Shown: one piece after another, positions 38,101 through 52,121 of the stretch
How positions within the stretch are numbered: position 1 is the stretch's first letter
How the letters are laid out: each line of letters opens with the position of its first letter
NCBI RefSeq assembly: GCF_000150275.1
Contig: NW_002060965.1
Coordinates: 744,001-808,000 of the forward strand
DNA: 64,000 nt
Direction: 5' to 3'
Source: Trichoplax adhaerens
Lineage: Eukaryota; Animalia; Placozoa
Notes under the pieces: generated by a model
What the model saw: only the letters and a program-made list of their open reading frames with translations
Database searches by the model: none
Told to the model about the DNA's origin: nothing
Position numbers and translations under genes: made by a program

Positions 38101-41100
38101 CTTTCATGTACTAAACCATGACATCAAATTAAAAAAGATCTCTCATTCATGATTTCGTAGAATAGGATATTGCTTTTGTTGGGTAAGTACGGTTAGTAGT
38201 AGTGAAAGATTTAGTTTTGAGTATTATTGTACGGTACCTTTGAAAACGATAGTGTTGTGAAATGTTTTCTATAGACAGCTTGTGCCCTGAATACATAATT
38301 TAGTCTGATACTTCTCGTTCTCTATTTAAGAGTCCAATGTTACTATATAGTACTAAACGCAGGTATACTATGCTGTTTTTTTTATTATCATTAGAAAGTG
38401 TGTGAAAATATTTTGTACTATGTCCGTCTGCAGTATTAACTGTAGAGTAAATAAAAATGTCATTTATTTTATTTTTATCGAATGATCCGTGGTCAATCGA
38501 TTATTCTCTTACAATATATATTTATTTATAGCTTGAAGCTGACGTTACATATACAATGAACGCATATGAAGTGCATTGGTTTCTTGATCTAGCTTATTGC
38601 TTACGATATTAAATCGCAGTTGCTATATTTTCTATATAGCACATTGAAATTATAATAAAGAATTGCCGATTTTGTACAGTAGATGTACACCCAAGCAATA
38701 TGCATTATATATTACCTATCATAACAGTGTTTTAGAACAGAGAACAGAAATTAGCAAACAATTACAGTTTGTGTTTCAGATCCACAATCTATGGCTTGAT
38801 TTGGCGAGATTACTCATTCAGTATTTAAAAAGCATGTTACAAAGTACTGAATGATATCGGTCTGTACGCTTAATTACTACCACAGACTTAGTGTACCAAC
38901 TAGAGTCTAGACTGCAGACTAATTAAGCAAATCAAGAATGATTAGAATTAAAATTGAATTAATATTTAAAGAATTACCGGAATTACTAAGATCTAAGGTC
39001 GGTACAGTAAAGAGAACAAAATAGTTGTCAAGCTGTGCGGGGAGTACAAGATATGGTCTCATCATTGTCTTTGATACATTGAATAATGAATAGAAGTACA
39101 ATTGCGTTTACATAGTGTTCGATATTGATCATTTGCTTTGTTCACTAATAATTAACTTGGATCATTACTGCCTGGAGAGAGTTTATCCAATGCCAATCAA
39201 TCAGTTTGCTCTATATGATTTGAATGATTTGAATTATATCACAAAAAGATAGATCTCCAGTGATATATTTAATAAAATTCTATTAGCCGTATACGCATAC
39301 TATGGTAATACGGATTGTTTAAAAGAAGGAATGCTTTGGAATTGACGCTTGTAATTAATGCGTGATAATAATTACGATCAGTCTTCGTCTTTAAATTCGA
39401 AGGGTGGCTAAGAATTTTCAATAACTTCTGATATCGTATACTGATCAGTTTATTATCGTTATTTGTACTCCCGGGCCAAATTCATGCTATTAACTGAAGT
39501 GTATATGCTGTACTGTACATATAAAAATTCAGATCATTTTCGAATAATCTGTTGTATATGGATACGGCACAAACTGGAGACATCTATTAGAAGAAATTTT
39601 GATCTTGAATTTGATTTTCAATTTCAATAATAGTTTCAATTTTTGAGTTAAATTTAAAATTTACAATACTCTCTTAATGTGCAAGTTATTAAATGCGTTA
39701 TTTCACCTAGAAATCTGAACGATCTAAAGAATTATTCGTATTTTCATAATAGTATCACACCATATGTCACAGAGTCATCAGGCAGCCATGGCAATAAATG
39801 AAAAATGCGTGACGAATAATTCAATTAATTGGTTATTTGCCATTGGATTATAATGTAAAAGGTTACAACCTTCAATATGGTATTATTTGGAATCCGTAAT
39901 TCGTATATCAGCCTTAAGTTACGCTTATTGACTACAAAATACGTAGACGTACATTTCTGCTAGTACTGTATCATTTTCGTCAAATTATAGACCTTATTAC
40001 CATTCAATAGCTCAATTTTACGCATTACGGAATTACAGAAGGCATGATACGACAATATAATGCTACCATTACATCGGTCTTCAGGGTAAACGTATAGAAT
40101 TAAAATTCGATTCTACTGATTAGGATTCAATTTTCGTCTTGTAAATATCGAATTTAAATACTTTTTGAATCTACATTTCTTATTATGCCAGTATGTCTTA
40201 ATAATATCATTACAACTTTATATTACATTGCTTTGCCTACTACGTAATGCTAGTGCCGTAGTATGCTCGTAAGTTGCACAATAGGATATAGAGTACAGTA
40301 CCAATCACTTATGCTGATTGTATGTTATGATCTTATGACTGCATGGAATCATGCTATCTTTTGCTAATTACTATTCATTCGGTCGAAATTTAGGATGAAG
40401 TAGATCCGTACCGGAAGCGTAGTATCTGCTTGAGTGTACAAAGTACCCTGTAGATTGTACGAATTAATATCTCACTTCGTCATGACTTCAATAATAATTA
40501 ACCATGAGCTCATATTGATTATATAATTATTTGGCTTATTCGGGACTCTTGATCAGATAGCAGAATCAACCAAATTATGTCCCATACGATTAAATATGCA
40601 GCTGCTTGCGTTATAAGGTTAGAGATACTAAGGGCCGTAAATCTTTGAGTGTACTTTCACAATACTGTATTCAGCATTGTTATCCCCAACGTACGAGCGT
40701 ACAAGTACAGTACATACTGTAGAGTGGATTGGATTGAATCATTAAAAGTACTTCAGTACTACGTTATACTATACATATGTAATGATTATATTAGGGGTAC
40801 TTGGACTGTGAAGAAAATCTAGCAATTGCAGATAATATGAACAGGTGTTTTAAGTTAGTTTTTTTCTGGTAATTTTAAATTAGCACGTTACGTCAAATCA
40901 TTATTTGTGCAATATGCACCAATACGCGGAAACTATACATGTGTCATCGGAACGGAAGACTTGGTTGATCAAGACTACGCGCAAAATTTATTTCTATTTT
41001 GAAAATTTTTTAATTCAGAAACTAATAATATTGTATGATACTTGAGAATTTGCACTCTAAGAATATTGATATCACATTTTTATAGATTATACGCGTAAGT

Positions 41101-44100
41101 TATTGAGAGAAATCTAATTTAGCAAAATTGTATGCCATGTACTGAATTTTAAAATTTATGAAATCATCCTTTCATTTTCCTCTCAGAATAGATACTAAAA
41201 TGAAATGAAATATGTTGCACTAAAATTTAGCATTTAAAGAAGGCTACAGCACTAAATGCAATATTGATGTGGATAGTACAGTACAGCATATAGATATTGC
41301 ACAATTACTAAACTATTGGATTAAAGATTCATAAAGAACATCATTCTCCATCCTTCCTACAGGTATTGTATAAAACGGTATGAGTATAGTAACTAAATAT
41401 CAGTTCAAGGTAGTAATTATTTTAATTTATTAGATACAATATTACTAGATGAAAACCTCAAGTAATAGTTTATAAAGAATAGCGAGTTCGGTATTCTATT
41501 ACTTAGATTAACTTCAGATACTGTATATCGATTTCCTGATATACTCGTATACGTATACGTACAATGTATGCCAAATAAACATAGAATTGCTAGCCAAAAA
41601 AAAAATGGTTAACGATGGAGTATTGTATTCACTTCGCTGTTTTTCATGTCCACTGGTTATACCCACTTGGTAATCACATCACTTTTAGCTCGTGATTGTA
41701 TGCTGGCTTCCTGGTGTTCTATAACGCAATTTAAAATTAAGAATTCTATACGCATACACCTAGAAGTTCATATCGTGGCTATATTACAATCATTGTTATG
41801 CATAGGCATGGATTTACAGAATTTAAATGCAGTAGCGTAGCTAAAATATGGAGATTCACTAATTGCCGAGTTTCTAGTTTAACTGATAGGAAAATAAATA
41901 GGACAGTTTTATTCATGTACAATGTTACCAGTGTATGCTGTACAGTACGCGTATTGTGCTTTGAAAAAAAAAAATACTGTATATATATACAGTATATTCA
42001 TAAGTTACATTATTTATACAGATCATAAAAAATTTCGGTTAAAAATTTACATCCCATGCGACTACATTACGTACATATTTACTGATAGCTCTTCATGAGA
42101 TAACAGATCATTTCAGTAAATACCATTAAATATAAATTTCATTGCATGTACGGGTATATTTGTACAAGATATATATGTTACATAATGTAAATTTATTTTT
42201 TAATTCTGTTTTATTTGTGTTGTTCATAAAATTGTAATAGTGTAAAGCTAAAGTATTACATCTGTGTATTCATTACTCGTATAATAAATAATAATAATAA
42301 TATTAGGTATAAAATAAGGATGCAAATATGTAAAATGAGACTATAGGTCTGCAGTAAAAAAAATGTATCTATTACCCCTTGGAATCTGATAACATGTTAG
42401 CTTTTACAAGGGTATAGTACATGTTCAATGAGAAATGGACACAGAGTGGGAGACAAAGGTCACAAGGCAATACAGGAATGAGATGTAATGAAATAAAAAG
42501 AATACACTTATTATTTTTTTAAATAAAATAATATACTGTACAATGTAGTTTCCAGCAGAGAAATAATAATAATAACAAATATGAATTGTACAAGTCTTAG
42601 CTTCAAGTCTAGCAATTTTGGGCTTGGCTAAAAATCGGTTATATGAACACCATAGTCAATTACTGGAGACATTGTCGTTGGATGCGGAGTCAATTGCTAT
42701 TCTTATGACGTTGCTATTAATAATTCTTGCAGTACAGTACAGTAATTGATGTAATTATTGGAAGCCTATAAATCCATCAATAATAGGAACGATAATGCGG
42801 CTATTTTTATCTCAAGTAATTTACAGCGTAATAACTCCCCCCTCTTTATGTAAGCATAATAATAATGGTATATAGGGAGGGCAGAAATGCAGCACGTACA
42901 AAATAAAAAAAACATGAAATACTGTACTCGACCGCATAAAATGTTGTCTTAATATCTGATGGAAATGTATCATGCATAAATAATATTACTGCCGTTGGTA
43001 GAGATGCATAGGCGTATCTATTTTTTCATTAGCCATAAAGTACGATGTGTAGTTTAATTTGTTCTCGTCTAGATCTGCTAATAATGATGATAGTCTGTGA
43101 CTAATATAGGATAACCGCTTTTATTCTTCAATATAATTAATTATTATCAATGGCTATTGACGGAGTCGGGAGCCTTCGCCATGATACTTTGTATAGTACT
43201 ATATTATTGCTACTCGCACACTAATGGAAAAGTTGTAACGCCATCATTGTCTACCCTTTTTGAGTTGAAACGTTTGATAGAAAAGTTGCTCGCAATCCAC
43301 ATCTGTTAAGCCTGATCTGAATCTACACAGTCAACATTAAACAATATTTAAGATTTGCAGCTGAGTAAACTGATTTGCTTGAGCGCAATGCGCACATTCC
43401 GTACAGTACTGTTGTGAACGCGGCTGACTACAAATAACAATAATTAATTTATACGCCATTGCCGTATCGAGTTGTTGGGCATTACGTAAAAGGAAAATTA
43501 ATTACTGAGAGATGTTATCTATCCTGATTACTCAAGTTAATAACCAGTGTCCCAATCAATTTGCTAATTTTTTCATGACGGTTATTAAATTACCAAATTT
43601 ATATTGGGTTCTAGTTTTTAATTGGATATGATCGCGTCCGTCATTCATTTCCTTTTTCCTTTTTCTCTTTCTATGTTATCCAAGACCCTAGGGTATATTC
43701 AATTCTATTCTCTCTCTCTTTCTCACAGATGTACAGACGTGCAGACCACGTGTCATGGGGGTATACTGTAGACATTTTTTTTTTTAATTTGATCAATTTA
43801 CGTCTTTGATACATTATTATGACTGCATCAAAGCGTAAATACGTCTAAATATCGCTTTATTTACATGGTAATCATCATTATCCGTGTGTAACATAATAGA
43901 TTGGGTATAGCTTGAACTTTAGGGATTATCAAAAGTGTACTTACGTACGTAGCTCATACACTGTATGGATTAATTATTTTAAATCCCATCCATGCAAGGT
44001 ACAGCCGTCATCAATTTGATTGAGAGAAAATCAAAACGAGTGAAACGTGCTGATCGAGTAAGCCCACTACTCAGTGTGCTGTAAATGTAGCTCAGCCTTC

Positions 44101-45087
44101 GGACCTAATATCAGCATTGAGTAGTCGCATAAATTATTTTATTGTTTGTTGTGTCTGCAAATATTCTGACAAACATGCTGTACTTGGGATAATCCCACAG
44201 AAAATGGAGATTAAAAAAGGAGAAAACGGCAGGAAGCGTTGTCAACAAAAGAAATTTGTATCGTGCGCTTGTAAATGAATAAAAGCTATTTATCCTTTTG
44301 GCAAACATCAACAAGATGACGACAACAGTTGGTGGGTACGGAAGATAGATAAGGCTTATCTCGTCGCCGCGGCCACGCCGCCACTTCGTCTAATAAGATT
44401 TTGTAATTGAATTTGAATTACTTTTATTTATTTATCTATCCCCATACATACCCAGTTGTTGACCAGTTAATAATAAGCGACCGCCTTGCGTCGTCTACAG
44501 GAACAAATGTTTAATACGGTAGAGTCAAAAAACTACTTGATCACTATCTAATTCAACACAATATATTGTCGGGCAGCCAGATTAAAAATATAACACTTCC
44601 AATCTGTGGTACCAACGGAACGGTAGACATTAAGTAGTTGATGTAATTTCCAATACTGTGATAAATATTTCATCTTTGCCCCACCTCATGCCATTTGAAA
44701 AAGGATTGTTGCACAGTAAATCTATTTAATTCACTGTGTTGTACGTACGAGGCAAGTGATTGTTATTTTCGTCCAAGGGTATTCCTATCAAGGTAAGAAA
44801 AAATTAAAACTCAACTCTTCTTTGATCTCTTTTCCTCAATCTTCCATCATCGTTGGTGTGATGATGAACTTGATGTTGTTTTCATGTCATGCAAGAAATT
44901 TTTGACTTCCAGTTGACACTTGACCATTTGTAACTGACATAGGCTCAACTTCCAGGGTAATATTACTGGCCAAAAGGATTAATCCAAACTTCTCTTTGTA
45001 TTTTGGCATTACTTTCTTCTTACGATCGTCCAATTTTGGATAGAGTGGACACTATTCCTCCTTGTCACAAACACTTTTGTCGCCTCA

Positions 45088-48000
45088 ATGAAGCAAGTTA
45101 TTGTAGCTCAATTTTTCCATTTAGGCGTAATCGTTTATTACTGCCTAACTTTGGCCTTCCTGCGTAAGTTGATAAAAATGATTTAACTGATCAAGATGGT
45201 TCAATGGATAATTAAATTAGATCAGTGGATAGAATTGTCTTTGTTAATTCTAAATTCCTTCATTCCTACCATGACTGCATGATGCATTACATACTCTATT
45301 GTACCACCTACTGAATGATGGGGAGCTGGTGGGCCAATAGCCGCAGCACAGTGTTTCCCTTCTTTACTGTATTTTCATGACTATCCATTGAAAGCTATCA
45401 TTTTTATCTAGGTAGAGTCGGTTCTGTTTCAAGTTTATACACTTGATACTGACTATTTGTGGTGAAATCGATTACTAGTGTCATCGTCGCACATAAAGTA
45501 GGCGGCTAATTATGTTGCGGTACTACTACAGTGCATGAGGGCTAGTCCTGACTCACCGTGTTTTATTAATTTGATGGATAGAATTATCACAGGAATGCAC
45601 TTTTCTATCATCAAGCGCGCGCGGATGACCGACATTAAAATTCTAGTACTGTGAATAAGCGTGCAGTTCTACACTTACGCGGTATTCAACCAGATAATTT
45701 AATGCAGCAGATGTAAAAATTGAACATCTTGGCAATGATTAGTGCGTCCTGCTAGTGTAATCGATCGATAAAAGTAAATACTAACTTAACAATGAGGAAA
45801 CTGAAATTTTGCTACTGTATCAGTAAAATTAATTATTGAACAACCTCGAAGGTAGAAACCGATCGTGATATTGTCCGTAGAAATATTGCTCACTGCGTAC
45901 GGTGCAATACTGTACTTTGCACTTAGGCTACCTGAGTGGATTTTTTTTGTGCTCATGTATGTTATTGTAACCAGAATTGTAACAAGCTTGCAGTATTAAA
46001 AGAACTGTGAAAGTGAGACTTAGGATGGGTATTTGTTTTTACATTAATCGTAACTAAAAATTTTCGATCCTTTACATTCTTCTTCTTTGTTATTTTCACT
46101 GTATTAATAGAAATCGTATAGACAGACGTAGTACTGTCTACTATAGTCAAAATATCTGATTTCTGGCATACTGTATTTTACTAACAGTTTAATCAAAGTG
46201 ATCCACCATAAAACTTCATAGTTAACAGTCATGTGCGTTATTTGGTCAACCAGCATATTCAATACGAGGTAAAAATTAGAATCAAGTCACTTGACAATGT
46301 GAGATGAGAACATTTAGGAAGTATTGTGGAGCCGTTTACAGAATCTTCTGTTAACTTGCTTGTCGCCAGCGGAGAATTGACGAAGGACTTATGATAGTTA
46401 TGATAAGTTATAGTATAGTCGAATGATACAGAAATAGTAAAATTTTTTAAAATGGAGTAATTTACTTAGCCTACTCGCCAACTAAGGCCTTAAGAAGGTC
46501 TTGCGTGACTCAAGTTACAGTACACTGGACATATTTAATAATATCTCTTCAGTTAAAAATGTATTCGTATTTGCGATTGCTCCAAGAGCAGGAGCTATTG
46601 TTAAAATCATTGACAATTTAAAGTTGCTCAAATATTATATCTAACTTACGAGCTTTAAATTAATGAACCTACTCGAAGATGAACATTCCAGTAAATGTTA
46701 AATTATAAATACAATCCACTACTGACGCTAGTAGAGGATAGTACTGTACAATATACTGAGATGGGAGATTGATTTTTGCTACACTCTTTAGTAGTGCTGA
46801 CTGTGCGTGCAATTATTAACCATGAGTTAAGGTACAGCGCTTATATGGTGCATTCTAATTTCTAAGATACTGCTCACAGATATTGCAGTCACTTATTGAG
46901 TATAAGTAATACACCTTTGAACATGCAAATATTATTTTATTTGCTATCCAATATATGCTACACCTAATTTCTACTGAGAATTTGAAATGAAATGCTCTTG
47001 TTTGTAAATGCAAAGCACGTCATAACTCGGGAATTATTATTATAAATAAATAAAACTACGTATACTGTATATTATGATACGATCCCGTAATGCTGTAACC
47101 GTGTCAATAGTCAGTCAATATTAAAATGCATTTGTTACTTACTTACCTTAGATTGCCAGGCTCAAGAAATGGCTCCACGATTTATTAAGGAATTACCTTC
47201 TTCAATGCGTGTAGTTGAAAATTATCATGTAAAGTTGCAATGTGAGGTATCTGGTTCCCCTAAACCGACTTTGGAATGGTATAGGAACCACGTTAAAATT
47301 GAAAGATACTGGGATCGATATTCATTTGAAGGCGATTATGTTTTGGTTGTAAATAAAACACAAGTTGGTGATACTGGTATCTATACCTGCATGGCTAAGA
47401 ATCGCCTTGGCTATATTTTCCATGATTTCGCTGTAAATGTTGTAGGTAAGAAACAGATAATGGTATATATGTAGATACGAGTACTATATATATTGATATA
47501 CGTATATGCATCTTAGACTGGAGTTTAATAACAAAGTTACAGCAAGCATGGATAGGCTTGTAGAGGATTATACGAGAGATTTCTGTTTGCCCTTATTGTT
47601 TTAGAAATGCAATATGTAAGATCTTATAATTTGCATTGCACTTATTTTTGCTTTTGATCTTATTATGAAAGGATTTTCCTCGAAGAGCGATAAAAAAGGT
47701 AAGATTACTATCAGGCTGTCTGTAAATCATAGTTTTTTATTAATATTCCTCTTTATACAATTAAATAATGTAAAATGTAATTTTTGCAATAATTCATCAG
47801 TACTACAGTATTGCTTGATTAATTAATGGTTGTCCGACACTAAAAGCTGAATATACAGTACTTTGATATTTGTTACATAGTTTGACTACTAGTTACATAA
47901 CCTTGATAACAATATTGTAAATTGCCTGATATGGTAACCTAATAACAATAGCAACTTATTTTAACGCTATATTACATAACTGAACAAAGCCATTGATCCT

Positions 48001-49772
48001 TTCAATTGCTCTCCTGCAGGAATTTTATTTTTAATTTTATTTTTGCATATGTGTATAATGAGGAAGGAGAAGTACTTTACAATCGACTTAAGCTAGTTTT
48101 GTAAAAATAAGCCTGTGTATTGTATTATGCATGATTACTAACTTGTATCTTTTTGTAACTACGTTTAGTTCCTCCGTCTCTTACGAAAGTCAGCTATAAT
48201 CATTACACTTTCAAGAGTGGTCAGAAAGTCCGATTGATATGTCCGTTATACGGAATTCCCACACCTACTGTAAAGTGGACATACTATAACGGCAGTCGAA
48301 TCGTAAACCATAAAGATTTGGATAACCTTAATAGTAACGTTTATAAAACAAGAGCATCCTTGGTTATACGAAGTATTAAACCGAGTGATTCCGGTATCTA
48401 CGTGTGTAACGCGAAGAATAAAGTTGGTAAATCCAGTTTCAACTTCACCGTCCGTGTTGAAGGTTAGTTTCGTCGTTATAATCCCTCGTTCAATATCGTG
48501 CATGTAAACTACTCTACTGCATTAAATATTCCCGTTGAACGCACGGCTATTTACTTTAAAAGCCTGTTCTCGATAGCTTGTACACTGTACAGTTTGATAT
48601 ATGAGATGTTTATGTGTTCTTAATTAAAGATAGTAGCATTTAGTGGGCTTTAAGCGATTAAAACTACGCTTAGCTAACGAAATTGTAAAATTTGTACAGT
48701 AAGTTCTCTTGTAGTTACCTCTGATTCTTATAGATGTCGTCTAAGAATTGGTTATTATATTTTTAGTGAGCGATGGCAACCGACCCACTTTCATCGTTAA
48801 GCCGCATAATGTTACTGCTACTGTTGGAAATACAGTAAATCTAACGTGCAAAGTTAGACCTAGAAAAGAATGTTTAGTAAAGTGGTTAAAGTCCATTGAC
48901 GCTAGTAAGGTTAAGCAAGAACAAATTGGTGAAAGTATATTTTACCTTCCAGATCGCCCTGACTTATATTACAAGCTACTTCCGAGAAACAGTAAGTAAA
49001 ATTTATACATAACCATAAATACGCTGCATTGTAATTTATTAATGCAAACCCAACCATTTGTAGAAATAAATAAGGGTGCGCTATTTTCGATTAAGGATGC
49101 GCTTGCTTTCACTGATTGTAAGATAGCGATCATACAAAAAATAGCTAATATTCCCTATTAATAATTACAGATAGTGATCATTTGATCATTAGATCCGTTA
49201 GACTTCAAGATCATGGCAAATATTTGTGCGTTGTCACTTGTTCAGGCCATGATAAGATGCTGTCAGCTTTTGTTTATTTAACTGTGAGCTCAAGTAAGTA
49301 AAATTGTTCGTATTCTTTTTGTGTTAACGTGGATATTAGATACACTATTTAGCAATTACAGAATTTATACTTCATTGTTTCACTTGCCTTCTAAGATGAA
49401 ATTTAATAATTAATGATTGCTATCATAGAATTGGTCGGAACTGAATCAGTTCATCAAATGTCATCGATCGATTGGGGCGCTTCTGGGAACGGACAGCCAA
49501 CTCGATCACAACTACATCAAACTGTAACGAATAATAGCACAAATACCTCTTGCAAAGGTTTAAGTTGCAATCTGCCTGGGCATGTCTATAGTCACTGCAT
49601 CTTAGGATTGATCATTGGGATTGTGTCTATAGTTTCGGTTATGGTCCTAGTGATAGTTACAGGAACGTGGACTCTTATTAGACACCGCTCTAATAAGATC
49701 GAGCGCGATGTGGAAAAGAAATGGGTAAAAGATGTCTGCAAATCGCCTAATAATTCACCTGCGGATGTCTAA
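45088..49772 (+). CDS. FGFRL1-like type I membrane protein: signal peptide, 3 Ig domains, TM, short kinase-less tail (~460 aa)
   Basis: Exons 45088-45163, 47152-47445, 47672-47698, 48169-48462, 48767-48991, 49171-49293 and 49429-49772, all phase 1 and in frame. Signal peptide ends ..HCQA; Ig C-W-DxGxYxC motifs; Ig3 CKVR..VKWLK..SAFVYLTV resembles FGFR/FGFRL1 D3; TM LGLIIGIVSIVSVMVLVIVTGTWTLI; stop 30 aa later. Confidence 0.85.
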
Positions 49773-51497
49773 GCTATAAATTACTTTGGTTAATAGATAG
49801 GCTGTTTATTGGAATACTGGATTTAGATGTAGCATTGGGCATATGGAAAGTTTACGTTATTATGCGATAACTTCCATTACTTATATCTTTACCTCTCTAT
49901 ACTATAAAGACAGTATTGTTATCGATCTATAAATGTATTCAATATTATGCAAAAAGTTACCGTATTATTCGAAGTCATCTTATTTCAAAGAAAATACGCA
50001 ATGATTCGTTGATGATTTTTTATCTCGCTATCAAGTGGTTTGTATTCGTTGTTTTAATACTACGTACACCCATTCCAGCTCTTTCGTATTAGTGATTTAG
50101 TTGGTTTATTACAAGACATTAGCTGAATTACCCATTACTATCAATAACGAATTTATTAGGGTATTTGTTAGAACTCAATCGTTGCTCTCAATATATTTGT
50201 AAATATCGCATGTGTACATCATAAATATTGATGTATACGAAAATCTCAAATTTATGTAGATGTATATGAAATATATTCCATTTAACATTTTATAAACGAA
50301 AGTTAACAATATACTTTGTCTATACAAAAAGCAAATTACACGCATGTACTACTTTTTTCCAAGCTGTATTGTGGTACTCTAAACTATCTGCAACTTTAAA
50401 TGACAATGTGTTGGCTTATAAAGATTATTATTATTATTATTATTATGGTACTCATATAAATGAATTAGTCAACTATTGATGCTAACTGGCGGTAGATTTT
50501 TAAGGTATTTATGTTTCATGTGCCTACTTCTAAGGAGGCTACTTTGTCGCAGATAAATACAGTATTTTGTTGTCTAAGTACGTACAACAATTGTAATTAT
50601 CGTGTTATTTTTATTGTATGCAAGTTAGCAATTCTCGGATATTGAGAATGCTATCTCAATGAAGGTTTCAGTGAGCATTTCAATTTGATATATTCTACTC
50701 GAGTATGCTGCATTCCAAATCGGCGTTTTGTAGACCAACGTTATTATAAAGTGTATTAGAATTGTATATACCCTGATCTACCGCATCAAACTAGATTGAG
50801 CTAATTTAGCCAATTGGCATCGTGTACGTTTTTGACGCACTGCGGTATAAGTAAGAGCGAGCCAGGTCTGATATTTTATCAGGAAAAGTTTGCACACCAT
50901 TTACTGTACTGTACTTACCATATACTGTAATACAAATACTATAGTTGATAGCAAATTTTGGAAGTTTGTGTTGCCAAGCTACGGCTTTGATAGAGCTATA
51001 AGAATTTTACTGAAATGTATCGATCAAGCTAGTGGTTTATTGTTTGCCAATCGTACATAGATAGTAGCAAACAGTTTCATGATTTAATTACATGAACATG
51101 TACAACATAGAAAATTTGAATTGATACGACAAATATCGTTCACAGAATAGCATTGTAGTAGTGGTAATAAAAAAGTACAAGTACTGTACTGTATAACCAT
51201 AATTAATTGACCTCATCAGCCAGCATAAAGTGCATAATATATACTATATAATTATAATTGTTAGAGCGTTATCAGATTTGCACAAGAAATAAATGCATGA
51301 TGTTGTTGTATTATTGTGGCTCTAAAATGAAGCATAGCACTTTATAGAATACAATTTAGAATGTATTCTTTCAATTTTTATTCTCTATATAAGACATTAG
51401 TGATGAGTTTATGCAGTTGTATGGGCAGCAGGCCTACACGTCAATAAATTAATTAATTCATCCACGGGTAGGAGGAATAGCATATCGTAGGAAATCT

Positions 51498-52121
51498 TTA
51501 CTCGACATTGAAGGACATTTGCAGTACATCATTAATTCCACAAGTAATATTTTGATTGGCTATAACTGGTCCAATTCCATCTGGAGTACCTGTTAAAATG
51601 ACATCTCCTGGTTCTAAAGTCATAAATTGACTGATATAACTGATTAATTTGGGAATATTATGGACCATATCGGATGTATTTCCGTCTTGCTTCATAATCC
51701 CATCTACTTTGAGCCACAGTCGAGCACTATGAGGATCGCCTAATGCACTTTTAGTAATTAGTTTACTGACTGGGCATGCCGTATCAAATCCTTTACTTAT
51801 ATTCCACGGAAGACCTACTTCAGTTAAATCGCGAGCTGTCATGTCTAAAGCTAGTATATAGCCATACACATAGTCGAGATAATGGTTATAAGGGATATTG
51901 CTGCCCCGTTTACCAATGACTATACCTAACTCAACTTCATGAAATAAACGATTGCATCCTGGTGGGATTCGTATAGCCTCTCCTTCTTGAATATACGAGC
52001 TTGTCGGTTTAAGAAAGATCATTGGTTCCTCTGGTACAGGATTATTTAATTCAGCAGCATGTTTCCTGTAATTTCTAGCCACAGCAACAATCTTTCTACC
52101 TAGTTTAATGAAATTTTCCAT
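51498..52121 (-). CDS. FAHD1: FAHD1 (acylpyruvase / oxaloacetate decarboxylase), intronless, 207 aa
   Basis: RNYRKHAAE, IFLKP, HEVELG, LDMTARD, GLPW..SKGFD and GDVILTGTP. Start placed at ATG 52121 (MENF); the upstream ORF extension runs into promoter repeat sequence. Confidence 0.95.
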   Translation of the reverse strand: MENFIKLGRKIVAVARNYRKHAAELNNPVPEEPMIFLKPTSSYIQEGEAIRIPPGCNRLFHEVELGIVIGKRGSNIPYNHYLDYVYGYILALDMTARDLTEVGLPWNISKGFDTACPVSKLITKSALGDPHSARLWLKVDGIMKQDGNTSDMVHNIPKLISYISQFMTLEPGDVILTGTPDGIGPVIANQNITCGINDVLQMSFNVE

